Shown: positions 1 through 12,128 of the stretch, piece by piece
Layout: each line of letters opens with the position of its first letter
Position numbering within the stretch: the stretch's first letter is position 1
Source of the DNA: Parcubacteria group bacterium GW2011_GWF2_45_11
Lineage (GTDB): Bacteria > Patescibacteriota > Patescibacteriia > UBA1558 > UBA10009
Direction: 5' to 3'
Length of the DNA: 64,000 nucleotides
Assembly: GCA_001001205.1 (NCBI GenBank)
Contig: LCKE01000001.1
Location: 8,208-72,207, forward strand
Translations under genes and position numbers: made by a program
The notes under the pieces: generated by a model
The model's database searches: none
What the model was told of the DNA's origin: nothing
The model's input: the letters and a program-made list of their open reading frames with translations, nothing else

Positions 1-120
1 TCACATTATTCCCCGGTTAGATAACGATAATCTGCATCCCTGGCCCGGTAAGCAATACGCCGAGGGCGAAAAAGAAAGCTACGCCCAGAGAATTCTTAAA
101 TCTTTAGAAAGTTAAAACGC

Positions 121-2341
<2,221 letters not shown>

Positions 2342-2434
2342 AATTATCAAATCGTATGTAGTGCGTATCACGCACCAACCAATCTGAACTTGGCTGAGCT
2401 GTCTGGGGGGGTTAATAAAGTCTAACTTTTTCTT

Positions 2435-3238
2435 ATGTCTAAAATACTAGTTACTGGTGGTGCGGGGTTCATTGGGTCTAATTTTATCAGGTATATTTTA
2501 AAAAAGTACCCCGAAGACACCGTCATCAATCTGGATAAGCTGACTTACGCCGGCAATCTTAATAATCTTAAAGATATTGAAGGTAACGCCAATTATAAAT
2601 TCATTAAGGGCGACATTGCCGAAGAAAGAACCGTTAAAAAGGTTTTTCGCTTCAATCGGCCTGACGTTGTCGTCAATTACGCCGCCGAAACCCATGTGGA
2701 CCGCTCAATTATTGATCCGGCCGCTTTCGTTAAAACCGATATTATCGGGACATACAATTTATTAGAAGCGATCAAAGAATTTGGGACAGCCAAATACGTT
2801 CAGATATCCACCGATGAGGTTTACGGTAGCTTAAAATCGGGCAAATTCACCGAAGAATCTCCCTTTGAGCCTAACAGCCCTTACAGCGCTTCCAAAGCCG
2901 GCGGCGATCTTTTGTGCCGCTCTTACAGCAAAACTTATGGTTTACCGGTAATCATCACCCACGCCGTCAATTGCTACGGGCCTTACCAGTACCCGGAAAA
3001 ACTTATACCGTTATTTATCACCAACCTGTCGGAGTCAAAAAAAGTGCCGGTGTACGGCAACGGCGCCAATGTCAGGGAATGGCTTTATGTTTTGGATCAT
3101 TGTAGCGCCATTGATTTTTTACTGCATAAAGGCGAAAGCGGCCAGTCATATAACATCGGTAGCGGCGTGGAAAAACAAAATTCCATCACCATTGATCTTC
3201 AACCTAACCCCATGATTTGCGCTACGCTCTGGAGATGA
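2435..3238 (+). CDS. rfbB: dTDP-glucose 4,6-dehydratase, N-terminal 267 aa; reading frame interrupted
   Basis: N-terminal Rossmann motif MSKILVTGGAGFIGSN, then YxxxK (YSASKAG) and YNIG. The ORF stops at 3238, but the conserved C-terminus continues in another frame (see next feature). Confidence 0.75.
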   Translation: MSKILVTGGAGFIGSNFIRYILKKYPEDTVINLDKLTYAGNLNNLKDIEGNANYKFIKGDIAEERTVKKVFRFNRPDVVVNYAAETHVDRSIIDPAAFVKTDIIGTYNLLEAIKEFGTAKYVQISTDEVYGSLKSGKFTEESPFEPNSPYSASKAGGDLLCRSYSKTYGLPVIITHAVNCYGPYQYPEKLIPLFITNLSESKKVPVYGNGANVREWLYVLDHCSAIDFLLHKGESGQSYNIGSGVEKQNSITIDLQPNPMICATLWR

Positions 3239-3390
3239 GCAAAATCCAAAAAATCGGCTGGCAGCCCGAATATAAATTTGAGGAGGCAATCAGGGAAACA
3301 ATCAGATGGTACAGGAACAACGAGTGGTGGTGGAAGCCGCTTAAATCAGGCGAGTATCTGGCTTATTATAAAAAGCAATATAATCAGTAA
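3208..3390 (+). pseudogene. rfbB: C-terminal segment of rfbB in the +2 frame relative to the upstream ORF (PHDLRYAL...WYRNNEWWWKPLKSGEY); implies a frameshift within the C4 run at 3208-3211
   Basis: Translating from 3208 gives PHDLRYALEMSKIQKIGWQPEYKFEEAIRETIRWYRNNEWWW, which matches the canonical RmlB C-terminus (RPGHDLRYAID...WY..N..WW). A single C added to the homopolymer restores one 318-aa ORF. Confidence 0.55.
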
Positions 3391-3397
3391 TTAGACC

Positions 3398-4234
3398 ATG
3401 AAAATACTAATCACAGGCGCCGGCGGGATGCTCGGATACGATCTGGTCAACGCTTTTGTTAACGAAGATATTATAGTGGCCGATTTGCCGGAATGGGATA
3501 TTACCGAGAGTGATAGCTTAAACAACAAAATTCAAACCTGTCGGCCTGATCTGATTATCAATGCTGCCGCTTATACCGACGTTGAAGGCGCCGAGGCCAA
3601 CCGCGATCTCGCCTTTAAAGTCAATGCCGAGGGCGTGAAAAATCTGGCTGGTATCGCCAGTCAGCTTCAGGTGCCGTTAGTTCACATCAGCACGGAATAT
3701 GTTTTTGACGGGAAAAACGAGAAAGGCTACAATGAAGATGACTTAACCGGCGCCCAAAACGTTTACGGCCAAAGCAAGGAGCAAGGCGAAAAACATCTTT
3801 TAGCCCTCTGCCGTCAATATTATTTAGTTAGGACTTCCTGGCTTTTCGGGCGGGCGCCGCAAAAAGGCAAGCCCAGGGGGAAAAATTTTATCGATCAAAT
3901 TATAGAACTGGGGCTTAAGCAACAAGAGGTCAGGGTGGTCAACGATCAAATCGGCCGGCCGACTTATGCCAAAGATTTCGCCCTGGCGCTCAGGGATTTA
4001 GTCAAAGCCAAGCCGCCTTACGGCATTTATCACCTGGTCAACGAAGGTTCTGGCAGCTGGTATGATTTAGCCGCCGAGGCCTTTAAAGCCAGGGATCTGC
4101 CAACCCGGCTGATAGCAGTGCCGTCATCCCAATTCCCGAGCCGCGCTATCAGGCCGCAGTTTTCTCTTCTAAACAACAATAAGTTTAACAAACTCAGAGA
4201 CTGGCGCCAGGCGGTCAAGGAATACTTAACTTAA
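3398..4234 (+). CDS. rfbD: dTDP-4-dehydrorhamnose reductase
   Basis: 278 aa with MKILITGAGGMLG and the overall architecture of RmlD (pfam04321). Confidence 0.8.
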   Translation: MKILITGAGGMLGYDLVNAFVNEDIIVADLPEWDITESDSLNNKIQTCRPDLIINAAAYTDVEGAEANRDLAFKVNAEGVKNLAGIASQLQVPLVHISTEYVFDGKNEKGYNEDDLTGAQNVYGQSKEQGEKHLLALCRQYYLVRTSWLFGRAPQKGKPRGKNFIDQIIELGLKQQEVRVVNDQIGRPTYAKDFALALRDLVKAKPPYGIYHLVNEGSGSWYDLAAEAFKARDLPTRLIAVPSSQFPSRAIRPQFSLLNNNKFNKLRDWRQAVKEYLT

Positions 4235-4257
4235 AATGGCAAAATGAGGTAATTGAT

Positions 4258-4983
4258 ATGCGAGGTATAATTTTATCAGGCGGAGCCGGGACCAGGCTTA
4301 GGCCTTGTACCAAAATCACCAGCAAGCAGCTCCTGCCGGTTTACAACCGGCCCATGATTTATTATCCCTTAAACACCCTGATCAAGGCTGGCATCAAGGA
4401 AATTTTAATCATTGTCGCACCAGAAAGAGCTGGGGATTATCTTAATCTGCTGGGTTCAGGCAGGCAATTTGGGGTCAAGTTTACCTATGAAATTCAGGAC
4501 CAGCCCAAAGGCCTGCCGCAGGCTTTTACCATCGGCGAGAATTTTATTGATGATCAGCCGGTAGCCATGATCCTGGGCGATAACATTTTTGAGGACGATT
4601 TTACGGCGGAGATTAAAAAATTCACCGGCGGCGCCAAAATATTCGCCAAAAAGGTAACTGATCCGGAACGCTCCGGCGTCGTTAAGTTCAACAAACAGAT
4701 GCAGGTTGAAAAAATCGTGGAAAAGCCTAAAAAATGGATTTCGGATTACGCCATTACCGGTCTTTATCTCTACGACAGCCGGGTGGTTCAACTGGCCAGG
4801 AATTTAAAGCCCTCAGCCAGAGGCGAGCTGGAAATTGTGGATTTGCATAACTGGTATTTTAAGCGGCACGAGCTGGAAGTTGCCCTGGTTAAAGGCAGAT
4901 GGATTGACGCCGGGACTTTTGACAGCCTGCTGGAAGCGCAGCAATTCGCCAAAGATAAGCTGCAAAAAAAATTGGTCATTTAA
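4258..4983 (+). CDS. rfbA: glucose-1-phosphate thymidylyltransferase (short-form sugar nucleotidyltransferase)
   Basis: N-terminus GIILSGGAGTRLRPCTKITSKQLLPVYNRPMIYYPL is the RmlA/nucleotidyltransferase signature. At 241 aa it is shorter than the canonical ~290 aa. Confidence 0.7.
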   Translation: MRGIILSGGAGTRLRPCTKITSKQLLPVYNRPMIYYPLNTLIKAGIKEILIIVAPERAGDYLNLLGSGRQFGVKFTYEIQDQPKGLPQAFTIGENFIDDQPVAMILGDNIFEDDFTAEIKKFTGGAKIFAKKVTDPERSGVVKFNKQMQVEKIVEKPKKWISDYAITGLYLYDSRVVQLARNLKPSARGELEIVDLHNWYFKRHELEVALVKGRWIDAGTFDSLLEAQQFAKDKLQKKLVI

Positions 4984-5035
4984 TAAAAAAAGTCCCCAAG
5001 AGGGGGATTTTTTGTTTGTCCTTAAAAGTTTGCGA

Positions 5036-6391
5036 TTATTGGATTACGACCGTAAATAAACCGCTCTGGCTTTCAGCTTCCGTCAGCAGAAATAATTTAT
5101 CGCCCTTTTTGTTGACGAAAATGTTGTCTTGAGTTTGTGCCGTTAAATCCAGTAAGTCATGAACATTCCTGGTATCGCGGCTATCCAGTTCGTAAATTTT
5201 AAGCTTATTGTCTATCTGGCCGAAAATGTAAGTGAAAGCAGAATGCCAAAAGGCGTTTTGCACCGGGTTAGAAGCTCGTTCAATGAAAATTGCCTGATTG
5301 CTTTCCGGATAATCAACCCAGAGTTCAAAATCGTTCCAGTAGACAAACTGCTTATCGTACCAGCGCAGGGCGTAAATATTTTTTATGACTTTTTTGTAAG
5401 GCTGGTTGTTTTCCGGGTCAATGATATAAGCGAGATTTTCGTTGTGATCCAAAATGGCAATGTAATTTTGAGCGGAAGGCAAAAATTCGTAATGGGTGGA
5501 AGCGGGCATGACCAGCATGTCCTCTGATTTATTTAATTCCTTTAAAGTATATTTGCCATCAGCGTTTGCAATGTAGAGAATTTTAGTTTTCCAGGGCAGG
5601 TAGCTTAAAATTTTATCCTCAGTCAGAATTTTTATTTTTTTTTGGATGAGGTCAATCTCATACAGTTTACCTTGGCTAAGGGCGTAGAAAATGTTGTCAT
5701 TATAAAAATCACATTGTACCTCGCTGAAATAGTTATTGGTTAGGCTGTAGAGTGAGTCAGTTTTACCTGATTCAACGTTAACAATCAGGTAATCCTTACC
5801 GCTCGCCACGATTAGTTTATGACTGCCGTTGCACCAGGTATCCAGAGCTAACGGCGTTTTACTGGTGAACAGTTCTTTTTGGCTGTTGCCGATTAAATTA
5901 AAGTGAATAAGCTTAGCCTGCCCGGCGTCATTTTGTAGCAGGGCTAATTTGCTCTCATCAGGCGAAACTTTAAATTTTGAAAAATTACCCGCTAAAACTA
6001 AAGTTGGTTTTAAGTTATTTTTAAAAAGAGTAATATCTTCAACAAAAGTTGTAGACTGTGGGAAAATAGGCAAATTTTTCTGCCAGGTAAAATAACCATC
6101 TTTTTCCACTTTGACGCTATAATTATTGGCCAGCAAGCGGTTGATCTGGCTGGGCGTCTGCCGTTTTTGTAATTTGCCGTTTAAATAAATCCCCGCATTT
6201 TTCGGGTAAGACTTAATATAAAAGACGCCGGTTTTTTCAATCCGGCCCTTGTCAAAATTATAGCGCAGGCCCCAGGCATAAAACATCATCAAGGGCGCAA
6301 CTACCAAAAAGATGGCTATAAAAATTAGATAAAGAACGCGGCGGAAGCGTAAAGTCATAGACCTTGTTATTTTACTAAAAACGTTATACAA
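5036..6391 (-). CDS. membrane-anchored hypothetical protein with PEGA-like domain and beta-propeller (TolB-like) repeats
   Basis: N-terminal TM helix (LYLIFIAIFLVVAPLMMFYAW). A PEGA-like segment follows (NAGIYLNGKLQ...YSVKVEKDGYFTWQ), then a long beta-rich C-terminal region. Confidence 0.45.
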   Translation of the reverse strand: MYNVFSKITRSMTLRFRRVLYLIFIAIFLVVAPLMMFYAWGLRYNFDKGRIEKTGVFYIKSYPKNAGIYLNGKLQKRQTPSQINRLLANNYSVKVEKDGYFTWQKNLPIFPQSTTFVEDITLFKNNLKPTLVLAGNFSKFKVSPDESKLALLQNDAGQAKLIHFNLIGNSQKELFTSKTPLALDTWCNGSHKLIVASGKDYLIVNVESGKTDSLYSLTNNYFSEVQCDFYNDNIFYALSQGKLYEIDLIQKKIKILTEDKILSYLPWKTKILYIANADGKYTLKELNKSEDMLVMPASTHYEFLPSAQNYIAILDHNENLAYIIDPENNQPYKKVIKNIYALRWYDKQFVYWNDFELWVDYPESNQAIFIERASNPVQNAFWHSAFTYIFGQIDNKLKIYELDSRDTRNVHDLLDLTAQTQDNIFVNKKGDKLFLLTEAESQSGLFTVVIQ

Positions 6392-6473
6392 TAATTACTG
6401 ATTCTTAACCTTGGAATTAGCCTAAAGATCAGCCGGTTCGGCTAAAAACTCGTCAGCGTATCTCCATACTACT

Positions 6474-7778
6474 ATGTCTCAATTTATTATTCAAGGCGGA
6501 CGCAAACTGAGCGGCGCTATTACCACTAATAGTTCCAAGAACGCCGCCGTGGCTTTGCTGACAGCCTCTATTTTAAATAAAGGGGTGAGCGAGCTTTTGA
6601 ATTTTCCACGCATTCAGGAAACCAACAGGATCATTGAGGTTCTAAGCAGTCTCGGCTTTAAATTCAGCTGGCCAAGTGCGCATCACCTTAAAATAATGCC
6701 GCCAGCCAGGATTCGCCTGGATAAAATTAACCGCCAGGCCGCCGCCAAAACCAGGATCATACTTTTATTTATCGGCGCCTTGATTCATGACTTTGCCAGG
6801 TTTAATCTACCCCAGGCGGGCGGTTGCACCTTAGGCAAAAGATCGGTCAACCCGCACTTTTTCGCGCTGGAAGAATTTGGCATCAAATCAAAAATCAATC
6901 GCTGTTCATATTCCATTTCACGCGGCCAGCTCAAAGCGGTAAAAAATCTGGTTCTTTACGAATCAGGGGATACGGTGACGGAGAACGCCCTATTGGTGGC
7001 CGCTAAAATACCCGCCGTCACCACGATTAAATTCGCCTCCGCCAATTATCAGGTTCAGGATCTTTGTTATTTCCTTAAGGGTCTGGGCGTTAAGATCAGC
7101 GGCATCGGTACAACTACCCTAACGGTCACGGGAAAAAAACTGATCAAAAAAAATCTAAAGTACTATCTGACCGAAGACCCAATAGAATCCATGTTTTTTA
7201 TCGCCATTGCCGCTACCACCAATTCTTCAATTGTCATTAAACGCTGTCCAATTGATTTTTTGGAACTGGAATTGTTAAAACTACAAAAAATGGGTTTTAA
7301 GTTCAACATTATCAGGCAATATAAGGCCAAAAACGGCCACAGCCGGCTGGTTGACTTGGAAACCTACCCCTCAACCTTGACCGCTCTGGAGGATAAAATT
7401 TACGGCCGTCCTTACCCGGGTTTGAATATTGATAATTTGCCGTTTTTTGTGCCCATCGCCACTCAGGCCAGAGGGCGGACGTTTATTCACGACTGGGCTT
7501 TTGAAAACCGGGCGATTTATTCCACCGAATTTAACAAACTCGGCGCGGCGGTTACCTTAAATGATCAGCATCGTTTTTACATTGACGGTCCGACGCCTTT
7601 AAAACCGGCCGACATTACTGCCCCACCGGCCTTGCGTCCTGGAGCTGTTTTAATCGTCGGCATGCTGGCGGCGCGCGGAACCTCGGTTTTACGGAATATC
7701 TATTCAATCGAAAGGGGTTACGAGGATTTAAGTAGCCGTCTAAAAAAAATTGGCGCCCACATAGAAAAATCGGAATAA
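6474..7778 (+). CDS. murA: UDP-N-acetylglucosamine 1-carboxyvinyltransferase
   Basis: 434 aa with EPT-family architecture. N-terminus FIIQGGRKLSGAITTNSSKNAAVALLTASIL matches the MurA N-terminus. Confidence 0.8.
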   Translation: MSQFIIQGGRKLSGAITTNSSKNAAVALLTASILNKGVSELLNFPRIQETNRIIEVLSSLGFKFSWPSAHHLKIMPPARIRLDKINRQAAAKTRIILLFIGALIHDFARFNLPQAGGCTLGKRSVNPHFFALEEFGIKSKINRCSYSISRGQLKAVKNLVLYESGDTVTENALLVAAKIPAVTTIKFASANYQVQDLCYFLKGLGVKISGIGTTTLTVTGKKLIKKNLKYYLTEDPIESMFFIAIAATTNSSIVIKRCPIDFLELELLKLQKMGFKFNIIRQYKAKNGHSRLVDLETYPSTLTALEDKIYGRPYPGLNIDNLPFFVPIATQARGRTFIHDWAFENRAIYSTEFNKLGAAVTLNDQHRFYIDGPTPLKPADITAPPALRPGAVLIVGMLAARGTSVLRNIYSIERGYEDLSSRLKKIGAHIEKSE

Positions 7779-7799
7779 TTTTGACCTGCCCGCTGTTTT

Positions 7800-9167
7800 T
7801 TGCTAAAATATTATAGTGCACCACTTTCAAAAGATCAGTCGGGTGATAAAAAAGTGGTGCCTCATTATTTAATCTACCATATGAACGAGATTGATAATCT
7901 CAATCCAGTTCCAAAACATTTGCCTTTGAGCCACCATAAAATTGTTTTTATCTGCCTGGTGGCTATTTTACTAACCGTCAGTTTTTTTATCGGCTTGGTC
8001 ACCGGTTTGAACAAACAAATTGACCTGGCCGGCACGGTGCCGGACCTTGTCAGCGCCGGTCAGATTTTAAATACCGATATCATGCCGGAATATCTGGCCA
8101 AGGACATCAACTTCAAGCAATTTTGGAAAGTCTGGGATATTATTAAGGCTAAATACATTGATCGGGAATTGGTCACCGATGCCCAGCTATTTTACGGGGC
8201 CTTGCAGGGTCTGGTGGCTTCCTTGGATGATCCTTACTCCGTCTTTTTAAATCCTACGACCGCCGAAGACTTTGCCGAAGAGCTTTCAGGCAAGTTTGAG
8301 GGAATCGGCGCGGAAATTGGCATTAAAAATGATTACTTAACCATCATTGCGCCATTGCCTGAGTCGCCGGCGGAAAAAGCCGGTTTAAAGTCTCAGGATA
8401 GAATTCTGACAATTGATCAGCGCGATACTACAGCCATTTCCTTAGACGAGGCGGTGAGGCTGATTAAGGGTCCCAAAGGTTCAAGCGTGACTTTAACCGT
8501 GGCCAGGGGAGAAGATCCGGAAATTCTGGATATCGTCATTACCCGAGATACGATTGATATTAAGAGCGTCCGCTTGGAAATGAAGGAGGCCGACATCGCT
8601 TATATCAAATTAACGCATTTTAACGGTGACACCAGCGGTGAGTTTAAAGAGAAGGTTAACGAACTGCTGACCAAGTCTCCCCGCGGAGTCATCATAGACA
8701 TGAGAAATAACGCCGGCGGTTATCTGGAAGTGGCTATTGACATTGCTGGTTATTGGGTGAAAAACGGGGAAGTCGTGGTTAAGGAAAGCTACGGCAACGC
8801 CGAGAACGACAAGAATTACATTGCCCACGGCAACGAAGAACTGAAAAACCACCCGACCGTGGTTTTGATTAACGGCGGCTCGGCCTCCGCTTCCGAGATT
8901 GTGGCCGGCGCTTTGCAGGACCTTGGTTTGGCCCAAATCGTCGGCGAGGCCAGTTTTGGCAAAGGCTCAGTTCAGGAACTTGAGGAATTATCCGACGGTT
9001 CCAGCGTAAAAATTACCGTGGCCAGATGGCTGACGCCTTTCGGACGCTCAATCCAGGAAAAAGGCATTTTGCCCGACCTGGAAGTGGAATTGACCGAGGA
9101 TGATTATAATAACAGTCAGGATCCGCAACTGGATAAAGCCATTGAGATTTTAAAACTGGAACCATAA
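7800..9167 (+). CDS. ctpA: carboxyl-terminal processing protease (S41 peptidase, CtpA/Prc family)
   Basis: N-terminal TM, a PDZ segment (GIGAEIG...[15 protein letters not shown]), and the S41 catalytic region ([23 protein letters not shown]). The true start is probably the Met at ~7881 (MNEIDNL...). Confidence 0.85.
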   Translation: MLKYYSAPLSKDQSGDKKVVPHYLIYHMNEIDNLNPVPKHLPLSHHKIVFICLVAILLTVSFFIGLVTGLNKQIDLAGTVPDLVSAGQILNTDIMPEYLAKDINFKQFWKVWDIIKAKYIDRELVTDAQLFYGALQGLVASLDDPYSVFLNPTTAEDFAEELSGKFEGIGAEIGIKNDYLTIIAPLPESPAEKAGLKSQDRILTIDQRDTTAISLDEAVRLIKGPKGSSVTLTVARGEDPEILDIVITRDTIDIKSVRLEMKEADIAYIKLTHFNGDTSGEFKEKVNELLTKSPRGVIIDMRNNAGGYLEVAIDIAGYWVKNGEVVVKESYGNAENDKNYIAHGNEELKNHPTVVLINGGSASASEIVAGALQDLGLAQIVGEASFGKGSVQELEELSDGSSVKITVARWLTPFGRSIQEKGILPDLEVELTEDDYNNSQDPQLDKAIEILKLEP

Positions 9168-9622
9168 TGAATATACAAGTTATTTTACTTTCAGACGTCA
9201 AGGGTTTGGGTTATAAAGGTGAAGTTAAATCGGTCGCCAAGGGCTACGCCCATAATTTTTTGTTTGCACAAAAGTTAGCCGCCAGACTTAATTCCCCTCA
9301 AGCAGACGAACTAAAATCAAAGCTCATAAGCCAGTCCCAGAAACAACAAACAGCCAAAAAGCAGTCGCTTAAGGCCGCCGACCGCCTGGCTGGCCTCGCC
9401 TTGGAGTTTATTGTTAAAGCTTCAGCGGCCGGGACTTTATTTTCGGGCATCGGCAAAAAAGAAATCGTCAACCGGCTTAAGGGCAAAACCAAAGCGGCGA
9501 TTGCTGAAAAAAACATCCTGCTGGAAAATGACCTGAAAAAATTGGGCGAATACACGGCGCAACTTAAACTTGACCAGCAAGTGGTGGATATTAAAATAAT
9601 CATTAAACAAGATGGTCAATAA
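9167..9622 (+). CDS. rplI: 50S ribosomal protein L9
   Basis: [33 protein letters not shown] is the canonical L9 N-domain. 151 aa. Confidence 0.9.
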   Translation: MNIQVILLSDVKGLGYKGEVKSVAKGYAHNFLFAQKLAARLNSPQADELKSKLISQSQKQQTAKKQSLKAADRLAGLALEFIVKASAAGTLFSGIGKKEIVNRLKGKTKAAIAEKNILLENDLKKLGEYTAQLKLDQQVVDIKIIIKQDGQ

Positions 9623-11303
9623 ATCAACAAAGTACATTTTTGTTTCCGGTGGCGTCTTATCCGGCCTGGGCAAAGGCGTGGTGGCATCTTCACTCGGGTT
9701 TTTGCTGCAAAACAGGGGTTATAACGTCGGTGCCATCAAATGCGAAAATTACATCAATATCGACTCGGGCACGATCAACCCCATTGAACACGGTGATCCT
9801 TTTTTATGCGAAGACGGACTGGAAGCGGACATGGATCTGGGCACTTACGAAAGATTTTTGAACCAGGAAATGGGTCATAAAAATTTTACGACTATGGGCC
9901 AAATTTATAAGACCGTTATAGATCGCGAACGGTCTTTTGGCTATAAGGGCGAAGATGTTGAGGCCATTCCGCACGTTTCCGATGAAATCATTTCCAGAAT
10001 CAAATCGGCCGGGGAAGGCCGGGATATCATTATTATTGAACTCGGGGGCACGGCCGGCGAATATCAAAACATGCTTTATTATGAGGCTTGCCGGATTATG
10101 AAAGCGAAAATGCCCGGCCAGGTTTTAAATATTCACGTCAGCTACGTGCCCTTGCCCAGACATATCGGCGAGCCGAAAACCATGCCTACCCAGCTTTCCA
10201 TCAAGACCGTTATGAGCATGGGCATTATGCCGGAATTTTTGGTTTTAAGGTCGGAAGCCGTTCTGGATAAGCGCCGTCGCTATTTATTGGGCTTAAAAAC
10301 CAGCGTTTCCGGCGATAACGTGATCATGGCGCCTGATTTGGATACCATTTATGAATTACCGCTCATTTTTGCCAAGCAAAACCTTGATCGCAATGTTTTA
10401 AAATATTTCGGCCTGAATTTACGCCAGCCTGCCTTGGGCGCGTGGAAAAAAATGATCCGCAATATCCAGTCAAAAAAGAAGAAGCAAATTCAGATTGTCA
10501 TCGCTGGCAAATACATCGCCACCGGCGATTATGAATTGTTGGATTCGTACGCTTCTTTAATTGAGGCAATTAAGCACGCCTGCTGGCACCTGAACATTGA
10601 GCTTAAGCTGAAGTTTGTCAATACCGAGGATCTGGAACAGCAGGGCGTAAAATTATTAGGCAAGCCCGACGGCCTGATCGTGCCAATCGGCTGGGGCAGC
10701 CGGGGAGCAGAAGGTAAAATCATAGCAATTAAGTTTGCCAGGGAAAAAAAGATACCGTATCTCGGACTGTGTTACGGTATGCAGTTGGCCTGCGTTGAAT
10801 TTGCTCGCAACGTCGTCGGCTTAACCGGGGCCAACAGCGTGGAAATCAATCCCGACACGCCTTATCCGATCATTCATGATATCCCGATGAACGAAAAATA
10901 TCAGCTAATTAAGGGCCAGGGCACCTCCATGAGGCTGGGGGCTTATGATTGCTATTTAAAAAATGATTCGTTGGCCGCTGCTATTTACAATAAACACCGG
11001 CAAGCGGAAATTTTAACACCCAGCCAGATAAAAAGCCAGAACGTCAAGGCTAAAGGCAATGTTAAAATCTCGGAGCGCCACCGCCATCGTTATGAATTCA
11101 ACAATGCTTTTAGGGAGCAACTGGAAAAGGCGGGACTGGTAATTTCCGGAACCTCCAAGGACGATTTTTTCGTGGAGATGGTTGAGTTGCCAAAATCCAT
11201 TCATCCATTCTTTTTGGCCACCCAGGGGCACCCTGAATACAAATCAAATCCGCTAAAGCCTCATCCGGTGTTTATTGAATTTATCAAGGCCGGTTTAAAA
11301 TAA
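9612..11303 (+). CDS. pyrG: CTP synthase
   Basis: 563 aa. N-terminal synthase domain ([20 protein letters not shown]) and C-terminal glutamine amidotransferase with GLCYGMQ. Confidence 0.95.
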   Translation: MVNKSTKYIFVSGGVLSGLGKGVVASSLGFLLQNRGYNVGAIKCENYINIDSGTINPIEHGDPFLCEDGLEADMDLGTYERFLNQEMGHKNFTTMGQIYKTVIDRERSFGYKGEDVEAIPHVSDEIISRIKSAGEGRDIIIIELGGTAGEYQNMLYYEACRIMKAKMPGQVLNIHVSYVPLPRHIGEPKTMPTQLSIKTVMSMGIMPEFLVLRSEAVLDKRRRYLLGLKTSVSGDNVIMAPDLDTIYELPLIFAKQNLDRNVLKYFGLNLRQPALGAWKKMIRNIQSKKKKQIQIVIAGKYIATGDYELLDSYASLIEAIKHACWHLNIELKLKFVNTEDLEQQGVKLLGKPDGLIVPIGWGSRGAEGKIIAIKFAREKKIPYLGLCYGMQLACVEFARNVVGLTGANSVEINPDTPYPIIHDIPMNEKYQLIKGQGTSMRLGAYDCYLKNDSLAAAIYNKHRQAEILTPSQIKSQNVKAKGNVKISERHRHRYEFNNAFREQLEKAGLVISGTSKDDFFVEMVELPKSIHPFFLATQGHPEYKSNPLKPHPVFIEFIKAGLK

Positions 11304-11324
11304 ATTCAGCCCTGATAATTTTTG

Positions 11325-11353
11325 TTGACTTTTTTTGAATTCGGTTGTAGAAT
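11325..11353 (+). promoter_or_regulatory. near-consensus sigma70-type promoter (TTGACT-17 bp-TAGAAT) reading into the noncoding gap
   Basis: TTGACT at 11325-11330, a 17-nt spacer, and TAGAAT at 11348-11353, directly downstream of the pyrG stop. Confidence 0.5.
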
Positions 11354-11371
11354 TTTTTTTATTCTGAAGAT

Positions 11372-11416
11372 TTTGTCAGACGGGAAGAAAAGAAAAGTAT
11401 TTTGGATAAATATCGT
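11372..11416 (+). repeat. 45-bp direct repeat, copy 1 (GGGAAGAAAAGAAAAGTATTTTGGATAAATATCGTTCGGGGATCG)
   Basis: 44 of 45 nt identical to 11651-11695. Confidence 0.85.
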
Positions 11417-11650
11417 TCGGGGATCGCCTCGTAATGATTAGAAAAAAAGCGATTTATGCAGTATTATGTTTATATTCTTATAAGTCATGTTAAGCTCCGC
11501 TGGTCTTATGTCGGCAGTACTTCCACCACAAGTATGGTAAAGTGCAATCAACCAAAGCTTTTAGGCCTTTGGAGTTAGCTTATTTTGAAAAGTGCGATAG
11601 CAGGATTAAAGCATATGAAAGAGAGCTTTACCTAAAAACCGGCTTGGGCC

Positions 11651-11695
11651 GGGAAGAAAAGAAAAGTATTTTAGATAAATATCGTTCGGGGATCG
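11651..11695 (+). repeat. 45-bp direct repeat, copy 2, running directly into the T-arm/CCA module
   Basis: Differs from copy 1 by a single G/A substitution. Confidence 0.85.
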
Positions 11696-11827
11696 GGGTT
11701 CGAATCCCTGTCCCCGAGCCAAATTTTATGTTGCGGGTTTATTGCCTCGTCGTAGCCTCGAAAATATTTTGAACTATTTTTAAAAGCATTGAGTTAAAAT
11801 TTAATGTTTTTAAATTTTTGGAACAGT

Positions 11828-12124
11828 TTATTCCACAACTGTTTCCGTCTCTGCGGTGAATTGTCTGAAAGGATTGTTAATAATCGGAGCGTTAGCTGGC
11901 GCAGGCGGCTGGGCTTGCAGTAACTCCAATAATTGGTCGGCTTTTTCCGTTTCCACTTCATCCAGGGCAACTTGCTTTATGTAAAGACGGATTTTTTCAC
12001 CCACGCCCTTGGTTTTATTATAGTAATTGATTGAGTTAACGTAAAAATAAGCAATAACCAAGATCAGTAAGATTATAACCGTAGGGTAAAGCAGTTTTTG
12101 GGGATTTATTTTCATTTTTTTCAT
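11828..12124 (-). CDS. small membrane-anchored hypothetical protein at the distal end of the type IV pilus cluster
   Basis: 98 aa with a single N-terminal TM. Positioned where pilP sits in canonical pilMNOP operons. Confidence 0.35.
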   Translation of the reverse strand: MKKMKINPQKLLYPTVIILLILVIAYFYVNSINYYNKTKGVGEKIRLYIKQVALDEVETEKADQLLELLQAQPPAPANAPIINNPFRQFTAETETVVE

Positions 12125-12128
12125 AACT

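Larger units (their letters stand above)
11360..11721 (+). ncRNA. candidate structured RNA ending in a tRNA-like T-arm/acceptor/CCA module. Possibly tmRNA (ssrA), otherwise an RNA with a 3' tRNA-like minihelix.
   Basis: 520-bp coding-free gap. GGTTCGAATCC T-loop at 11697-11707, followed by TCCCCGA-G-CCA. TCGGGGA lies immediately 5' and forms a 7-bp acceptor pairing. A GACGGGA (D-loop analogue) and a CCUCGUAA motif, both similar to the E. coli tmRNA 5' region, occur near the transcript start. No complete tRNA cloverleaf can be drawn. Confidence 0.35.

Noticed and set aside
3235-3390. Independent small gene downstream of rfbB (MSKIQKIGWQPEY...)
   Set aside because: The sequence is the conserved C-terminus of dTDP-glucose 4,6-dehydratase and joins the upstream ORF with a 1-nt frame correction. 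It is not a separate gene.
11697-11721. Possible ordinary tRNA gene
   Set aside because: Only the T-arm, acceptor 3' strand and CCA are recognisable. The 5' acceptor strand lies immediately adjacent, giving a minihelix. No D-arm or anticodon arm can be drawn, so it was not called a tRNA.
11542-11772. 76-aa ORF inside the pyrG-pilus intergenic gap
   Set aside because: It spans the 45-bp direct repeat and the tRNA-like T-arm/CCA module. It has no RBS and reads through structured RNA, so it is most likely a noncoding region.
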